From the IMG/VR virus record IMGVR_UViG_3300027733_000032: a stretch of 64,000 bases of DNA. The stretch is one strand, 5' to 3'. Below, in pieces: positions 30,501 through 39,426 of this stretch (the first letter of the stretch is position 1; each line of letters opens with the position of its first letter). The notes beneath the pieces are model-generated. The model saw nothing but the letters and a program-made list of their open reading frames with translations, did no database searches and had not been told where the DNA came from. A program made the translations under genes and the position numbers. The DNA comes from a virus.

Positions 30501-33500
30501 GATGAAATAAAAAAACGCATTGAGGGAATGAGTGCTCGCCTTGGGGAAATGAACCCTCGCGATATGGACAGACGGAAACCTCGCGTCGATGAAAATGGCC
30601 GTCCCCAACAACTCCTTGGTGCTGGTATGGCATCTCGTCGCGATAGTAAACTTGCAGAATCTGACAAGCCCAAGAAATTTGGATTTGGTAAAAAATCAAA
30701 AATCAAACAGGGCGTCGAATCCGACGATGAGAGGCGCAAGCGCATTCTTGAAATGTCAAAGGGAGACCCTCGCACTTCTCCTGGCGTAAGAAAAGCCAAT
30801 TATCAAACATATGACGGCAAGGATGTTTACGCAGTAGACAACATGGATGATGCAATTGCACTCTTAGTTGCCGGACATCATGTTGACCTGTCTGACTCCC
30901 ATGACGAGGGTGACCTTTGGGGAGAATTTAAGTCCTTTAAGAAATGGCTCAAAGGCGTAGACAAGGCCGCTGCCAAGAAAATGAGTTTCAACCTTTGTTC
31001 CGTGCATAAAGAAGGAGCAAACATTTTCTGTGGAAAGCACAAGGGCATTATTCGTGACGATATGCCGCAAGTTGGTGGAACCGTGACTGACCCCAACGCC
31101 CCTGCAATAAGGCTCTGGGTTGGTGGCCATGTTCATGGCAACTCCTTTGACTCCTACAACGGCGCAAACACCCCAGACTGGGTGAAGCAGGGGCTATTGT
31201 CCGAACAGACAGACCCAGAACTTTTCAAGCGAGCCAAGGCTGAGTCTGACAGATTAGAAAACGTATATCGCGCCCTCGGTAGTCGCTACTACCCAGGAAA
31301 CACGGTTGACCCATTGACAGAGGCTGAGAAACAAGAATTCTTCTCATTGACCGACATCCGCAAGGTTGAGCCGGACATGATTGACAATTTTGTTGATGTT
31401 CTTAGGGCAAACGGCGTTAACGTCAGCGAACCAGAAGACCGCGACCCCATGACTCTGCGCGCAACACAAAATGAACTTGTTGCTGGAACAGTTCTTGGAC
31501 TATCAGACGCAATTACTAGTTACGAAGACATGTTGCAAATTGGTCAACGACCAGATGGCACGCCATTCACTCAACAAGATTATGACAGAGTTCGGATGCT
31601 TGGGCCAATACTTGTCACAAAAGACGGTTATATTCTAGATGGCCATCATCGCGTATTCGGAAAAGTAGCGGCAAACTTTGACCGAGAAGATAACGACCAA
31701 CTTGCGCAAAAAGTTCGTGTTGTTGATATGCCACTAGAAGCACTTTTGTCGTTTACTCGTGCCTATGGAGAGCACATTGGAATTGCCGCAGCAAGTGGGC
31801 AAAGCACGGAACGACGTACTCTTCCAGATGACATCAAGACCCCACTTGACATCATTCCAGCAGCAGCGGGGGATTTGGAAAAACTAAACGCCGAATTCAC
31901 AGACAACCTAGATGACAAAGTTAAAGCCCTCGAAGAACGTGATGGACATCCATTCTTTAAGCCTGAATCACCAGGATTTGAACAGGGTGAATCGTATAGG
32001 CAGTCAATGCAATTTGTTGAGCGTCGCGTATTGACTGACAAGCAACCAGGAGAACGTTCATCTCCGTCGCGCGTTCCTTCATCTGGAGGAATGGCGTCGC
32101 GTCGCTCGGGCATTACGACGCCAGGAGGACGAGACAGCGTTGGTGCAAATAGGGTAGATACATCAAGCGCAGTGCAGCCCAATGCCAGAAAGATGCATGA
32201 GGATGCTGTCAGTAAAACAATGGATGCCCTGGACGGAGTGAACCTCGATGGTTTGAGCGAAAGTGAACTCCAATCACGATTTGGTGTTGCGCGAAGTGGA
32301 GAAAAGTCTTTAATTGATAGCAGGGACATCTACCATACGACAGATGGTGCTACGGCAATCGCAATGCTCGCACGTGGGTACAACGTCGAAGTAGATAATG
32401 ATGGTCTTGCAGCAGAAGTATCCGACAGTCAAGCAGCATTCAGGAAAATGATTGAAGCAAATGTTAAAAAACTTGAAAATCTTTCTGCTGACGAAAGAAA
32501 CGCACTACTCGATGAACTTACCGTAGATTTATGCAAACTATATGTTGCTGGCAAAAATGTCATGTGTGGAGAAAATATCGGCATTGATAGGGAACAGATG
32601 CCACAATTGTCGGGCCGCACACTGGGTGACGATACGCTAGCGATGCGTGCCGCAAAAGATGGACACATCCCTATGAAATGGGCGGCTATCGATGAAAAGA
32701 ACCTTCCGCCAGAGGAATTGGCAAGATTTAAAGAATTAGAAGCAAAACATGTAGCACCAGGCAGGGATGAAACATTTGGTCCTGGTGAAAAAGAAGAGTT
32801 CTACAGTCTTGTCGACTGGAATAATAGCGAGGCTGATGTTGTAAAAGAATTTGAAAAGAGTCTTGAATCATCGTTAAAGCCTGTAGACAAGGATGGCAAC
32901 CCTACTTCGGCAGTTATTCTAAAAACAGCCAGGCCAGAATCGTATAAAGCATCACAACGTCAATTGGTTGGTCATAAGACTGACGAAATGCGTGATGGTA
33001 TTCGAGAAAATTTAACAAAATTTGATTCACACGCCGAATCACTCGGACTCAAAAAAGGTACACCAGAATATAAAGAAATGCGTGCGAAGTGGCTTGCTGG
33101 GGAATATAAATTTGCTGACAGCAATGGGGTAAAAGTCAAAGCATGGTGGACTGACCCATTACTTGCAACACGCGATGGATACGTACTGGACGGCCATCAT
33201 AGGTGGGCGGCAATTAAGTTAATTAATGACGAACTTCCAGAAGATGAGAAACTTAGCCTTCGATGGAAGGAAGTACAAACAAACGTTGTCGAAGCCCTCA
33301 CTTTAGGAAAAGCATTCCAGGATAAGTGGGGAATTAAAGAGGCGAAACTTAAAGGCGAACGTCAATTTGTTAAAAATGATGAAGTCCCAGGAATTGAGTT
33401 GGGTGAAATAGTCAAAGAGATGGATGAATATCACTCCAAATTGACAGACACGTTGGATGAATTACATAGCAATAATCAATTCATTCGTAAACAATCTCTT

Positions 33501-34877
33501 GGTGCACGAAAGAATCCAAAAGTTGCCGCAGCACAGGTGGAGGCAGGCAAACGTGGCGAAGAGTGGGCCGCTCGACAGAGTGGGGTGAGTGGCGGAAAAG
33601 TACGCGTACCTCGTGAAAAACTTGAAGAAATACGTGGCGGAAAACTTGAAGAAGTGAGTGGTGAACCTCAAGGAATGCGTTCTCTTTCGCGTCCTTATCG
33701 CGACACGAGTGACGAAGAACTAAAAACCCAGTACGACAAGTATTTGCGCTACTTGGGTGGCCCTGGAGATAAGGGAGACGGCGACCTTACCTATATGCGA
33801 CGGGCTAAAGAGTTTGATAAAATTAAAAAAGAAGTTGCTCGACGTAGGGAAGATGCTGGAGTAGATGGCGGTGGTCGCGGTTCTCTTTTACGTCCTTATC
33901 GCAATACGAGTGATGAAGAATTAAAAGCAATATACGAAAAATATTTACGTTACTTGGGAGGCCCTGGAGACAAGGGTGACAGTGATTTTACCTACATGCG
34001 ACGTTCAAAAGAGTTCGATAAAATTAAAAAAGAAGTTGCTCGGCGTGAGGAATATGCTAAAAAACCAAGCAGGGGAATGCGGTCCTCTGTTGGCAAGAAT
34101 GTGCGCGTCCGTGCTGGCGAGGGCGGCGTCCCCGAGAAAGTATCCTCAGGCCAGCCCGATACTCCCGAAGTAAAGACGCCACCAAAAATTGAGAGAACTC
34201 ACAAGGGTGTAGATATACCTGAATTTATCGACGAAATGCCAGCCGAAGGTCAATATAGCGACGAGGTTGTTGAAAAAGCAGTTGAACTACATGACAAAGT
34301 CAAAAAAGTTGAACCAGAACTTACTGACAATTTGATTGACATGGCCGCCGAAGGTGGCGGAGAGATGGAAGGTCTTGAATTCAGGTTTAAGGCAACTAAA
34401 GGAAACGCAAAGAAGATAACTAATATTTCGCGAGATAGCGGCATATCGGTAGAAGAGGCACAACTGCAGGTTCCCGACGCGGTCAGATACACAATGACAT
34501 TTCCTGAAGAAGAATATGTTGGCGGAGCAGAAAACGTAATTAGTCGTCTTGAGGGAATAGGGCATGAAGTACAAGTTAAAAACTACTGGGACGAAGGCGA
34601 TGGATATCAAGGAATTAACATCGTAGTAAAACACCCTGATGGTTTCTTGTACGAGTTGCAACTACACACGCCTGAATCGTTTAAAGTTAAGCAAGCAGCA
34701 CACGATGCTTATGACGAGTATCAAAAAGAAAAAGATGATGTCATTCGTTTGGAGTTATTCCGAAGAATGGCTGCCGCTGCAGGAGAACTTCCAATGCCCA
34801 AGGGTGACGTCAAGGGAATAGGCAACCTAGCCAGGAAGAACTTTCAGACTTGGGCACAACAACAGGGAGGCAAGTAA
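24570..34877 (+). CDS. giant polyvalent protein 2 (zincin, degenerate ART, DUF3626-like, KTSC, 2x ParB-like, C-terminal RelA/SpoT synthetase)
   Basis: HELGH ~26270; IEMPKG...YLLPPG ~28190-28270; KTSC ~30090; two DGYxLDGHHR motifs (~31620, ~33170); RFK...DAVRY...GYQGIN...ELQLHT 34380-34680. Confidence 0.85.
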   Translation: MGLEPGMAGKGIPHRYSIKRSNTLHERNIDEVALYFKELQTYAAAQPYLNPFLSIKALSPDAKASNATAKPESKRTSADEDEQKLKIEFNPKATRKPGQVLKLHVTYDEMKSKEGAKFGWIDPAKMPSKEEIKASKEEFKKTIASRPTAVFREYERGLDGNPTPRLLSEVRYKGLGQTIGQMQPEQRVGNAAAAALGVVFDAAGKMRCPPGTPNANQFTDENMSNCFVFSPLTVAREILRVGRRLAERLDGSGGATSRQDLRFDTAYDAEAFRKAERVKGVYTKAERMREKWGARTSAIENMFTKHGIDMDDSIGAANGDHIHALANEYSFSKIAKIYSDADPDFTFFDPSNGEEITDDIWNSFDSAKKAEVASYNAKRYDESLRQEITEMVPESIREAARNGDADAQKALDEYVERTREIHHKTQRGMLGSLLQYKDEMGDRQDAFGGFSSHGISGKDLVTTEAMALPNMDENGMPAVTITINPMSVAVRGRMPYEKNGSLFLEIESDVSLSEAEKQTEILRVMREITDAQEFVNLVGYANEQSAARGVADLGVSSEEMKGAHVMWHELGHVQQYNVARNKIYDFYDKNGFFPVVIDGKLEKLETPPAAWSNGTWASAMDSMMGATADRGGPFAKTGAMGFPPFGTDEFEDSFLHFVSGNYYQDKVQGALGVLGLPEEGAHRQLALMEGTTELFALEKLGVIEGPEVRQFTSWMDPVDPAPVPSLPPGAPPEVPDVPGPDVPEIPTAPPTTPSPPPGTTIIDNSTTINIVINGPINIHVGGTAPDWDEGAIEPPIPPRKTVDLKWEDITPMILADKDSQWTASPSSGADIGQNKDMQKLWLDSVFGMGPEEGGFVPEQGELPRIDKDAYWKLSPQQMDTRYEFLRGEADALILKSETESLNKDEQAKLWLATKGMQQILDMNGKKAALADAKREEYLRDGFDPTPGKYLRQVDSPLKPQQKGFRKLATKRAEERGYDVVEIDDDELSHWAREISDHAGTASDSGADAFSGADRPYKRGEVRNNPSFNTKKNLERNPNYEPSNEPPTPDTDSAGYVGSKLDEIKSRSTPEQRAILDSSETVEKRESVEALMDSSDPSKLSGMLSRSAEKRQAAKTGGEIKRSTPSESGDIIDDDFESGVVPFLDLIETSKFDDDVKLVTSMQIPKNGISDGDTIDHTKIMRGKVVDFDTSDGFDFSQPEANRRVVIEMPKGSRGVPSKNAHNGDTDDYLLPPGSLSVVRVDPDGTIFATPLEQHGKKEILDDMEKNLNGIELGADSLEELERRTLLSSISKERSKVVPEKRTTRGLSSSGPRAARQSARNQAIVDGFDKNGSSIYGTDTRIGMSPETLARMEGESNDKFRKALGLDRSVEIPKRDQRVESSVAKLGGLLSGKAEPSNQEEFEFVNSLSPELKDLFTSLDASEIKSIVDDELFDYHQQFDDRVRISLHPEEFKEFLKTGKLKNITETKPNSASASMLKEFEGKLGMSENLPDGARSHSGFMVHKTHTDEIADYLNELPGNGISRNPHFFSETDDVNPSGKSRAGGKVIDLVLAPEVAQRAVYGRGDVTGGEVLPTPVLSTNRAEVGSAFVNLSDVSESSELDGMKQIAEVLESSITGNKTGLGGGHGVPTSVKSRNPGFAHEALVAGGVTIADAEQIRIPVEALDMEDVTVSFDGVELDNVRQQLSQAGLTNSEIDDVIDKIGAGIAPYALPEIERMRQGMASEKMSEELSLVPNHSMTLVPTNPDGVDVLNPDPLPGEPTTNKEMRDAWRKRYAVESQLKSIKDLAKHEKETKGKIEPRMSAKSPSGESRVSQRRQGIRYSEDGYKSIYENGIDDFVSEAVDTVEYNPKTRELRVLFKGQSDPYHFLDVDPDDLEDFGDEFEPIGNKIDRIKRTNNRTVRGPDGSVIRWDGKEWSYEDAGMSSKKPSVPFDGDISDKTPDDIAFDSDIDEIISPSSTSRIGMFIPQERATDSDIFDTDEIKKRIEGMSARLGEMNPRDMDRRKPRVDENGRPQQLLGAGMASRRDSKLAESDKPKKFGFGKKSKIKQGVESDDERRKRILEMSKGDPRTSPGVRKANYQTYDGKDVYAVDNMDDAIALLVAGHHVDLSDSHDEGDLWGEFKSFKKWLKGVDKAAAKKMSFNLCSVHKEGANIFCGKHKGIIRDDMPQVGGTVTDPNAPAIRLWVGGHVHGNSFDSYNGANTPDWVKQGLLSEQTDPELFKRAKAESDRLENVYRALGSRYYPGNTVDPLTEAEKQEFFSLTDIRKVEPDMIDNFVDVLRANGVNVSEPEDRDPMTLRATQNELVAGTVLGLSDAITSYEDMLQIGQRPDGTPFTQQDYDRVRMLGPILVTKDGYILDGHHRVFGKVAANFDREDNDQLAQKVRVVDMPLEALLSFTRAYGEHIGIAAASGQSTERRTLPDDIKTPLDIIPAAAGDLEKLNAEFTDNLDDKVKALEERDGHPFFKPESPGFEQGESYRQSMQFVERRVLTDKQPGERSSPSRVPSSGGMASRRSGITTPGGRDSVGANRVDTSSAVQPNARKMHEDAVSKTMDALDGVNLDGLSESELQSRFGVARSGEKSLIDSRDIYHTTDGATAIAMLARGYNVEVDNDGLAAEVSDSQAAFRKMIEANVKKLENLSADERNALLDELTVDLCKLYVAGKNVMCGENIGIDREQMPQLSGRTLGDDTLAMRAAKDGHIPMKWAAIDEKNLPPEELARFKELEAKHVAPGRDETFGPGEKEEFYSLVDWNNSEADVVKEFEKSLESSLKPVDKDGNPTSAVILKTARPESYKASQRQLVGHKTDEMRDGIRENLTKFDSHAESLGLKKGTPEYKEMRAKWLAGEYKFADSNGVKVKAWWTDPLLATRDGYVLDGHHRWAAIKLINDELPEDEKLSLRWKEVQTNVVEALTLGKAFQDKWGIKEAKLKGERQFVKNDEVPGIELGEIVKEMDEYHSKLTDTLDELHSNNQFIRKQSLGARKNPKVAAAQVEAGKRGEEWAARQSGVSGGKVRVPREKLEEIRGGKLEEVSGEPQGMRSLSRPYRDTSDEELKTQYDKYLRYLGGPGDKGDGDLTYMRRAKEFDKIKKEVARRREDAGVDGGGRGSLLRPYRNTSDEELKAIYEKYLRYLGGPGDKGDSDFTYMRRSKEFDKIKKEVARREEYAKKPSRGMRSSVGKNVRVRAGEGGVPEKVSSGQPDTPEVKTPPKIERTHKGVDIPEFIDEMPAEGQYSDEVVEKAVELHDKVKKVEPELTDNLIDMAAEGGGEMEGLEFRFKATKGNAKKITNISRDSGISVEEAQLQVPDAVRYTMTFPEEEYVGGAENVISRLEGIGHEVQVKNYWDEGDGYQGINIVVKHPDGFLYELQLHTPESFKVKQAAHDAYDEYQKEKDDVIRLELFRRMAAAAGELPMPKGDVKGIGNLARKNFQTWAQQQGGK

Positions 34878-35161
34878 TGAAAATGATTTCATCCGATACC
34901 CCTGAATCAACTAGGTACTTCTTTCATGTGCTCAACAATGGGAAGGTTATTGGCCTATTTCGCCTTTATCTCAACCTGGACTACCCGAAGAAAGGCTCCA
35001 AGGGGATTGAGGAAGTTGAATGGAGAAAAGATGAGTGGCTCGCCACCACCGACCTTACTGGTTTTATGATTAACGGCTCCCATGAAATAATGGAAGTCGA
35101 CGAGGAAATAGCACGTTCAAAGTTTCCAAAAGCATTTGATGAAAATGAAGGCACAAAGTGA
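34877..35161 (+). CDS. small protein after the RelA/SpoT domain, candidate immunity protein
   Basis: ATG overlaps the stop of giant 2 (TAATG); aromatic/acidic ~94 aa; arrangement matches MuF-type toxin-immunity pairs. Confidence 0.65.
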   Translation: MKMISSDTPESTRYFFHVLNNGKVIGLFRLYLNLDYPKKGSKGIEEVEWRKDEWLATTDLTGFMINGSHEIMEVDEEIARSKFPKAFDENEGTK

Positions 35162-38100
35162 AATTGCGTGCAGTTTTAGTAGGAACTTTTTACGACAGCA
35201 AGTTGTATTACTTACTCGACCCCGTTGGTGAGAAAAATTCAACTGGTGCTCTCGTTGATAAAAAGGGAAATGTTGAGTACGTTAAATTCTTTCATTTCAT
35301 TAAATCTAACCCCAATGTCAAAGAATTAAAATTCAGCAAATTTCATCGTTTCCTCTGGAATGCCCCCAGTCCTGAAGATAAGCCCAAGTGGATGCGTACG
35401 TTCATTAATGGCACCCAGCCAGTCGGCGAAGAAATGTTGCAGGGTGCAAAGATAATCACCGAACTCTCTCCTGTTGTTGAGAAAAAACAAGACATAGGAG
35501 AAAGGGCTCTTCAGTTTAAGTCAATGAATGCATCACAAAACGCATCACGAATACAGGGTTCTGTACTTGCTAGAAGCGTTAAGTCCATTAGAGAAAAATA
35601 TGGATTTAAGGGTATTGGAATGTCAATAGGAAACAAGCCAGCCATAGATGGTGATGGTGATGGATTTGTAGATGACGGGCTTCCAACAATGAGGCCATTC
35701 ATCCCTGGCTTCGACTTTGTCTTAGATGCCGCCGGGAACATTCGGGAGACCAAACCTACGAATCAGATTACAAAACCCGTAACTCGTGGCGGGATGAGAA
35801 GTGGTGTCGTGACAAGACCACAGACACTCGAAGATAGGCTTGCTCCAATTTCAGAACAGGAAATGCGAGATAGTTTTAGAAAAATTCGCTCATATGTTGA
35901 GATGAAATTCAACGATGGTGTCCCTTTTTCAAAAAAAGGCGAGGCATTAGCAATACTTAAAAAAACTATTCCGTCTTTTGCCTCTGGCGAATCATACATT
36001 GAGTTTTTAAATAATTTGCCGAATGATGATGATGTTATCCCTGATTGGGCAAGGCGATACCTGGATTCCTTCCTACTCTCAATAGATGCCCAACCAATGT
36101 CTGCTCAATTTAATTATCATATGAGAAGAGCAGCGGATAGTAAGAGTTACGAAGGTGCAGTCGGCACTAGGCCCGGAACCAATGATTATGTCATGGTCGA
36201 CCCAGTAGGGGAAAAGTACGCTCCAACACGAACAAGGCAGCCCCTTATTGTTTTTTGGTACAAAGAAGCAGTTGCAGTAACGCCAGCAGTATCGGTTACT
36301 GCCGATAAAAGAATGGCTCCATTCTTAGTAAGCCATGCAATTTCTGCAAACGCAATGAATGAGCAACTCTTGAATGCCGGGATAACTAAGCGCCAACTAG
36401 AAGATTTGAACAATCTAGATAGGGTTGATGCAACACTTGTGAGTATTATTACTTCACTAAATGAAATAATTCAACAAAATCCAACTGCGAGAGTTAATGA
36501 TGCTGAAAAAATATCACAAAACCTAGTTAATGCCATTGAGGCTTTTGTAGATGTAAAAATATCTAATTCAGTCATAGACCCTAAAACTAATTTTTTTCTT
36601 GAAACTCCAAAAATTCCAGCAGTAACTTTCAAAGACTCCAAAGATAGAGAAAAGCCTTTTATACAAAGCAATATTTTGCGACAACTCGTAGACAAAATTG
36701 TAAAATCCAATAACAATCCTTTGCTTTCAGACTTGCTAACAAGTGCCCAGGATGCGAGTTTGTCGGCTCAGCGAACAATTTCTAGTGACAACACTCTTAG
36801 AAAAACTCAAAGAAAACTATCATCCATCATGGAAGATGCGCGAGTTTTAACGACCGGCATGATTGCAGTGCATGAATCAAATCACATGCTACAAAATATT
36901 CAAGCATATATTGATGTGCAAAATGAAGCATCTATTCTGAGAAAAAAATTAATAGACGAACGCATTAATGCAGCAAACAAATTGCAGATTCCAATAACTC
37001 CCGAGATACTCGCAGCAATAGAAGATGAAATAAAAGTAGAAAATTTATATCAAGATTTATTTGTTGAAAAAGCAGTAAAACTTGCTAAGAGCGATATTGA
37101 TTTAGCAAAGAGTCGACTCCTTCATGCTGATTTGGCGCGTGTCGACGCAATTTCCTTAAACTTAGAACGCGATAAAAAGTCTCCTGAATATAAAAAAACT
37201 CCGGACGAAGCACCCGCTCATTATGGATGGAGAAATACGGATGCCGTAGTTGATGCCACGAATCAAATGATATTGAAGTGGGCTGAATTCAATAATCAGG
37301 GTGATTCTTCTTTGTCTGACAAGCAAAAATTAGCAAAACAAGCAATAGTAGATTTTCTAAAACAACCACTATTTGATGGAACTAATGAGATAAAAATTGG
37401 AGAAGGGATTGCTCGTATACTAAATCAATTGGACGCTATCTACGTTGGCGACCTGTCTACTGCGTTTGCAAACAATGGGCCTAGATTTGTATCGGGAGAA
37501 AATCTTAATATTGGAATGGTCGCAATACTCCTTAATTCAGCACTGATTGAAGATGCTCAGCGAAGAAATATCTTTAGTGGATTGAAATTGCGCAATTATT
37601 CAGCACTTCTTAATGAAGTTGGATTTCCTGATTTCGCTATTATGGACATGAATGGCGATGGAGTGAAGATACAGGGACTCGATATTAATGAGTCAAGGAA
37701 ACTATCTGCTGCAATCATGAATATGAATAGACTTGCCCTGTCAATTCCTACCGACCCAACAAACGGCATGGTATCTCCGTCACTGAGCGTGAGAGCAACA
37801 ACTGCGTTGAGGGCATTTCCTGACGATGCAATGCTGCCATGGCCATTTTCAAATTTGACCAAAACTGAATTCCTAGCACTACCGGATGATACTTTCATTA
37901 AAGGATATGAAAAATTAATTGATACATCATTAAAGGCACTTTTGGGCGTCGCAAGACCACAAGATATAGGCACGTTCCTTGAAGATTCATTAATATCAAT
38001 GAATTGGTGGGACAAACTGTCAAAAGAAGAAATAGAACTACTTCTTGAAGTGGGAAAACGAATTGGTGAACCGAGCATCAAGACGGGCAGGTCGGGTACG

Positions 38101-38370
38101 GGTTATGCCCCATATATGGGACACCTCACTCCTCAGCATTTACCAATGTTGGCCATCCATCCACAATTTTCTGAATTTACGGCAGAATTTGCCGTTGCCG
38201 AACTATTTGGTGTTGCTTTATCGCAAATAGACATATCTATATCACCAGATGGTAAAAAATCTGCCACTACGCGAGCATTGTCGGATAATGAGATAGCGGC
38301 AATAATGAAATTTATGAGATGGATGTATCCAAATCAAATGTTGGGCGAAAAAATGGAGACAATGCAGTGA
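35158..38370 (+). CDS. large virion-associated protein (DxDxDG module, GMRS, HExxH zincin-like)
   Basis: IDGDGDGFVDDG ~35645; GGMRS 35788; VHESNH ~36870; EFTAE near the C-terminus. Confidence 0.75.
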   Translation: MKLRAVLVGTFYDSKLYYLLDPVGEKNSTGALVDKKGNVEYVKFFHFIKSNPNVKELKFSKFHRFLWNAPSPEDKPKWMRTFINGTQPVGEEMLQGAKIITELSPVVEKKQDIGERALQFKSMNASQNASRIQGSVLARSVKSIREKYGFKGIGMSIGNKPAIDGDGDGFVDDGLPTMRPFIPGFDFVLDAAGNIRETKPTNQITKPVTRGGMRSGVVTRPQTLEDRLAPISEQEMRDSFRKIRSYVEMKFNDGVPFSKKGEALAILKKTIPSFASGESYIEFLNNLPNDDDVIPDWARRYLDSFLLSIDAQPMSAQFNYHMRRAADSKSYEGAVGTRPGTNDYVMVDPVGEKYAPTRTRQPLIVFWYKEAVAVTPAVSVTADKRMAPFLVSHAISANAMNEQLLNAGITKRQLEDLNNLDRVDATLVSIITSLNEIIQQNPTARVNDAEKISQNLVNAIEAFVDVKISNSVIDPKTNFFLETPKIPAVTFKDSKDREKPFIQSNILRQLVDKIVKSNNNPLLSDLLTSAQDASLSAQRTISSDNTLRKTQRKLSSIMEDARVLTTGMIAVHESNHMLQNIQAYIDVQNEASILRKKLIDERINAANKLQIPITPEILAAIEDEIKVENLYQDLFVEKAVKLAKSDIDLAKSRLLHADLARVDAISLNLERDKKSPEYKKTPDEAPAHYGWRNTDAVVDATNQMILKWAEFNNQGDSSLSDKQKLAKQAIVDFLKQPLFDGTNEIKIGEGIARILNQLDAIYVGDLSTAFANNGPRFVSGENLNIGMVAILLNSALIEDAQRRNIFSGLKLRNYSALLNEVGFPDFAIMDMNGDGVKIQGLDINESRKLSAAIMNMNRLALSIPTDPTNGMVSPSLSVRATTALRAFPDDAMLPWPFSNLTKTEFLALPDDTFIKGYEKLIDTSLKALLGVARPQDIGTFLEDSLISMNWWDKLSKEEIELLLEVGKRIGEPSIKTGRSGTGYAPYMGHLTPQHLPMLAIHPQFSEFTAEFAVAELFGVALSQIDISISPDGKKSATTRALSDNEIAAIMKFMRWMYPNQMLGEKMETMQ

Positions 38371-38753
38371 TTTACATAGAAAATGATAATCAAATAAAGT
38401 GGGAGAATTTTGTTAATAAAATGTTTGGAGTGTTTCCAGTCAACCTCACCAACACTGGTAATCTATCAATCGACCAGGCAATTGGGTTTATGCAAAAACA
38501 ACAATATGGAGTTGACACCTACGCCGACATGAGAATGACCAAGGGCGAAGAATTCTTTGGAATTGACAATACTGGCCGAGGCAACATTATTCGTGATAGC
38601 GAATATATGAGTTACCTACTTCTAAAATACGGTATGATTAATATTGCTCCAGAAAATAGACAGCAGTATTGGTCGACACCCGAGGGCAAAGAGGTTTTTC
38701 GTTCCATAACAAACGAACTTGCCGACAAAATGCTTGTCCCTTTTGAACTATAA
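38367..38753 (+). CDS. small hypothetical protein
   Basis: in-frame GTG overlapping the upstream stop (GTGA); track start 38319. Confidence 0.6.
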   Translation: MIYIENDNQIKWENFVNKMFGVFPVNLTNTGNLSIDQAIGFMQKQQYGVDTYADMRMTKGEEFFGIDNTGRGNIIRDSEYMSYLLLKYGMINIAPENRQQYWSTPEGKEVFRSITNELADKMLVPFEL

Positions 38754-38766
38754 TCATATATAACGA

Positions 38767-39426
38767 GTGGAGAATTATATGGGTGAATACAATATCAAAG
38801 CACCACAGGATGCAATAATCCCAGATATATTTCCTCAGGAACGCATTACTGGAGACATTCTCAAGGGTCATGGTCCGCGTCGTGGCAATCTAGAACGCCT
38901 CCTTCGATACTGGCGTCCAATCATGCGTAAACCAGGTGGCTTTAGGCGGTGCAAGGTCATCCTCGCAGACCATCCTGAATTATTCCCACTAAACAACATT
39001 TGCGCTTGGCTCCACCACGAAACTACGGGATTGTGGCCAAACGAAGGATGCCACCATCCCACCATGAAAAACTGCCGTCGCAAACTAAAAAAAGGCGTAA
39101 ATGGTTCACTTTTCTCAGATTCACAATTCAATAATCGTCTTCGTAAATTAAATGGTCCTGATAAGAAATCAGCAGACGATGTATTTTTTTGGGACGAATG
39201 GAATACAAAAGGTTTACAGCCTTACGAGAATGACGAGAATCCAGTAGTCACTACAGAGGATATAAAACATGCTATTTTAGTATTAGTTGACTTCTCTACA
39301 ATGGAGCCAGACTTCTGTGACTACCTTCGCGACGATTCTCAATGGGATTACGAAGGCGAAATGGACGATGGTGCAATGTTTAAGTCCGCTGTTCCACCAA
39401 GCGAGGATTGTGGATGCGATAAATGA
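38767..39426 (+). CDS. conserved phage head-associated protein (YW..PGGFxRC...CAxLH...GxWP domain)
   Basis: LLRYWR...PGGFRRC...ICAWLHHETTGLWP resembles a domain I recall from actinophage head genes. Confidence 0.6.
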   Translation: MENYMGEYNIKAPQDAIIPDIFPQERITGDILKGHGPRRGNLERLLRYWRPIMRKPGGFRRCKVILADHPELFPLNNICAWLHHETTGLWPNEGCHHPTMKNCRRKLKKGVNGSLFSDSQFNNRLRKLNGPDKKSADDVFFWDEWNTKGLQPYENDENPVVTTEDIKHAILVLVDFSTMEPDFCDYLRDDSQWDYEGEMDDGAMFKSAVPPSEDCGCDK

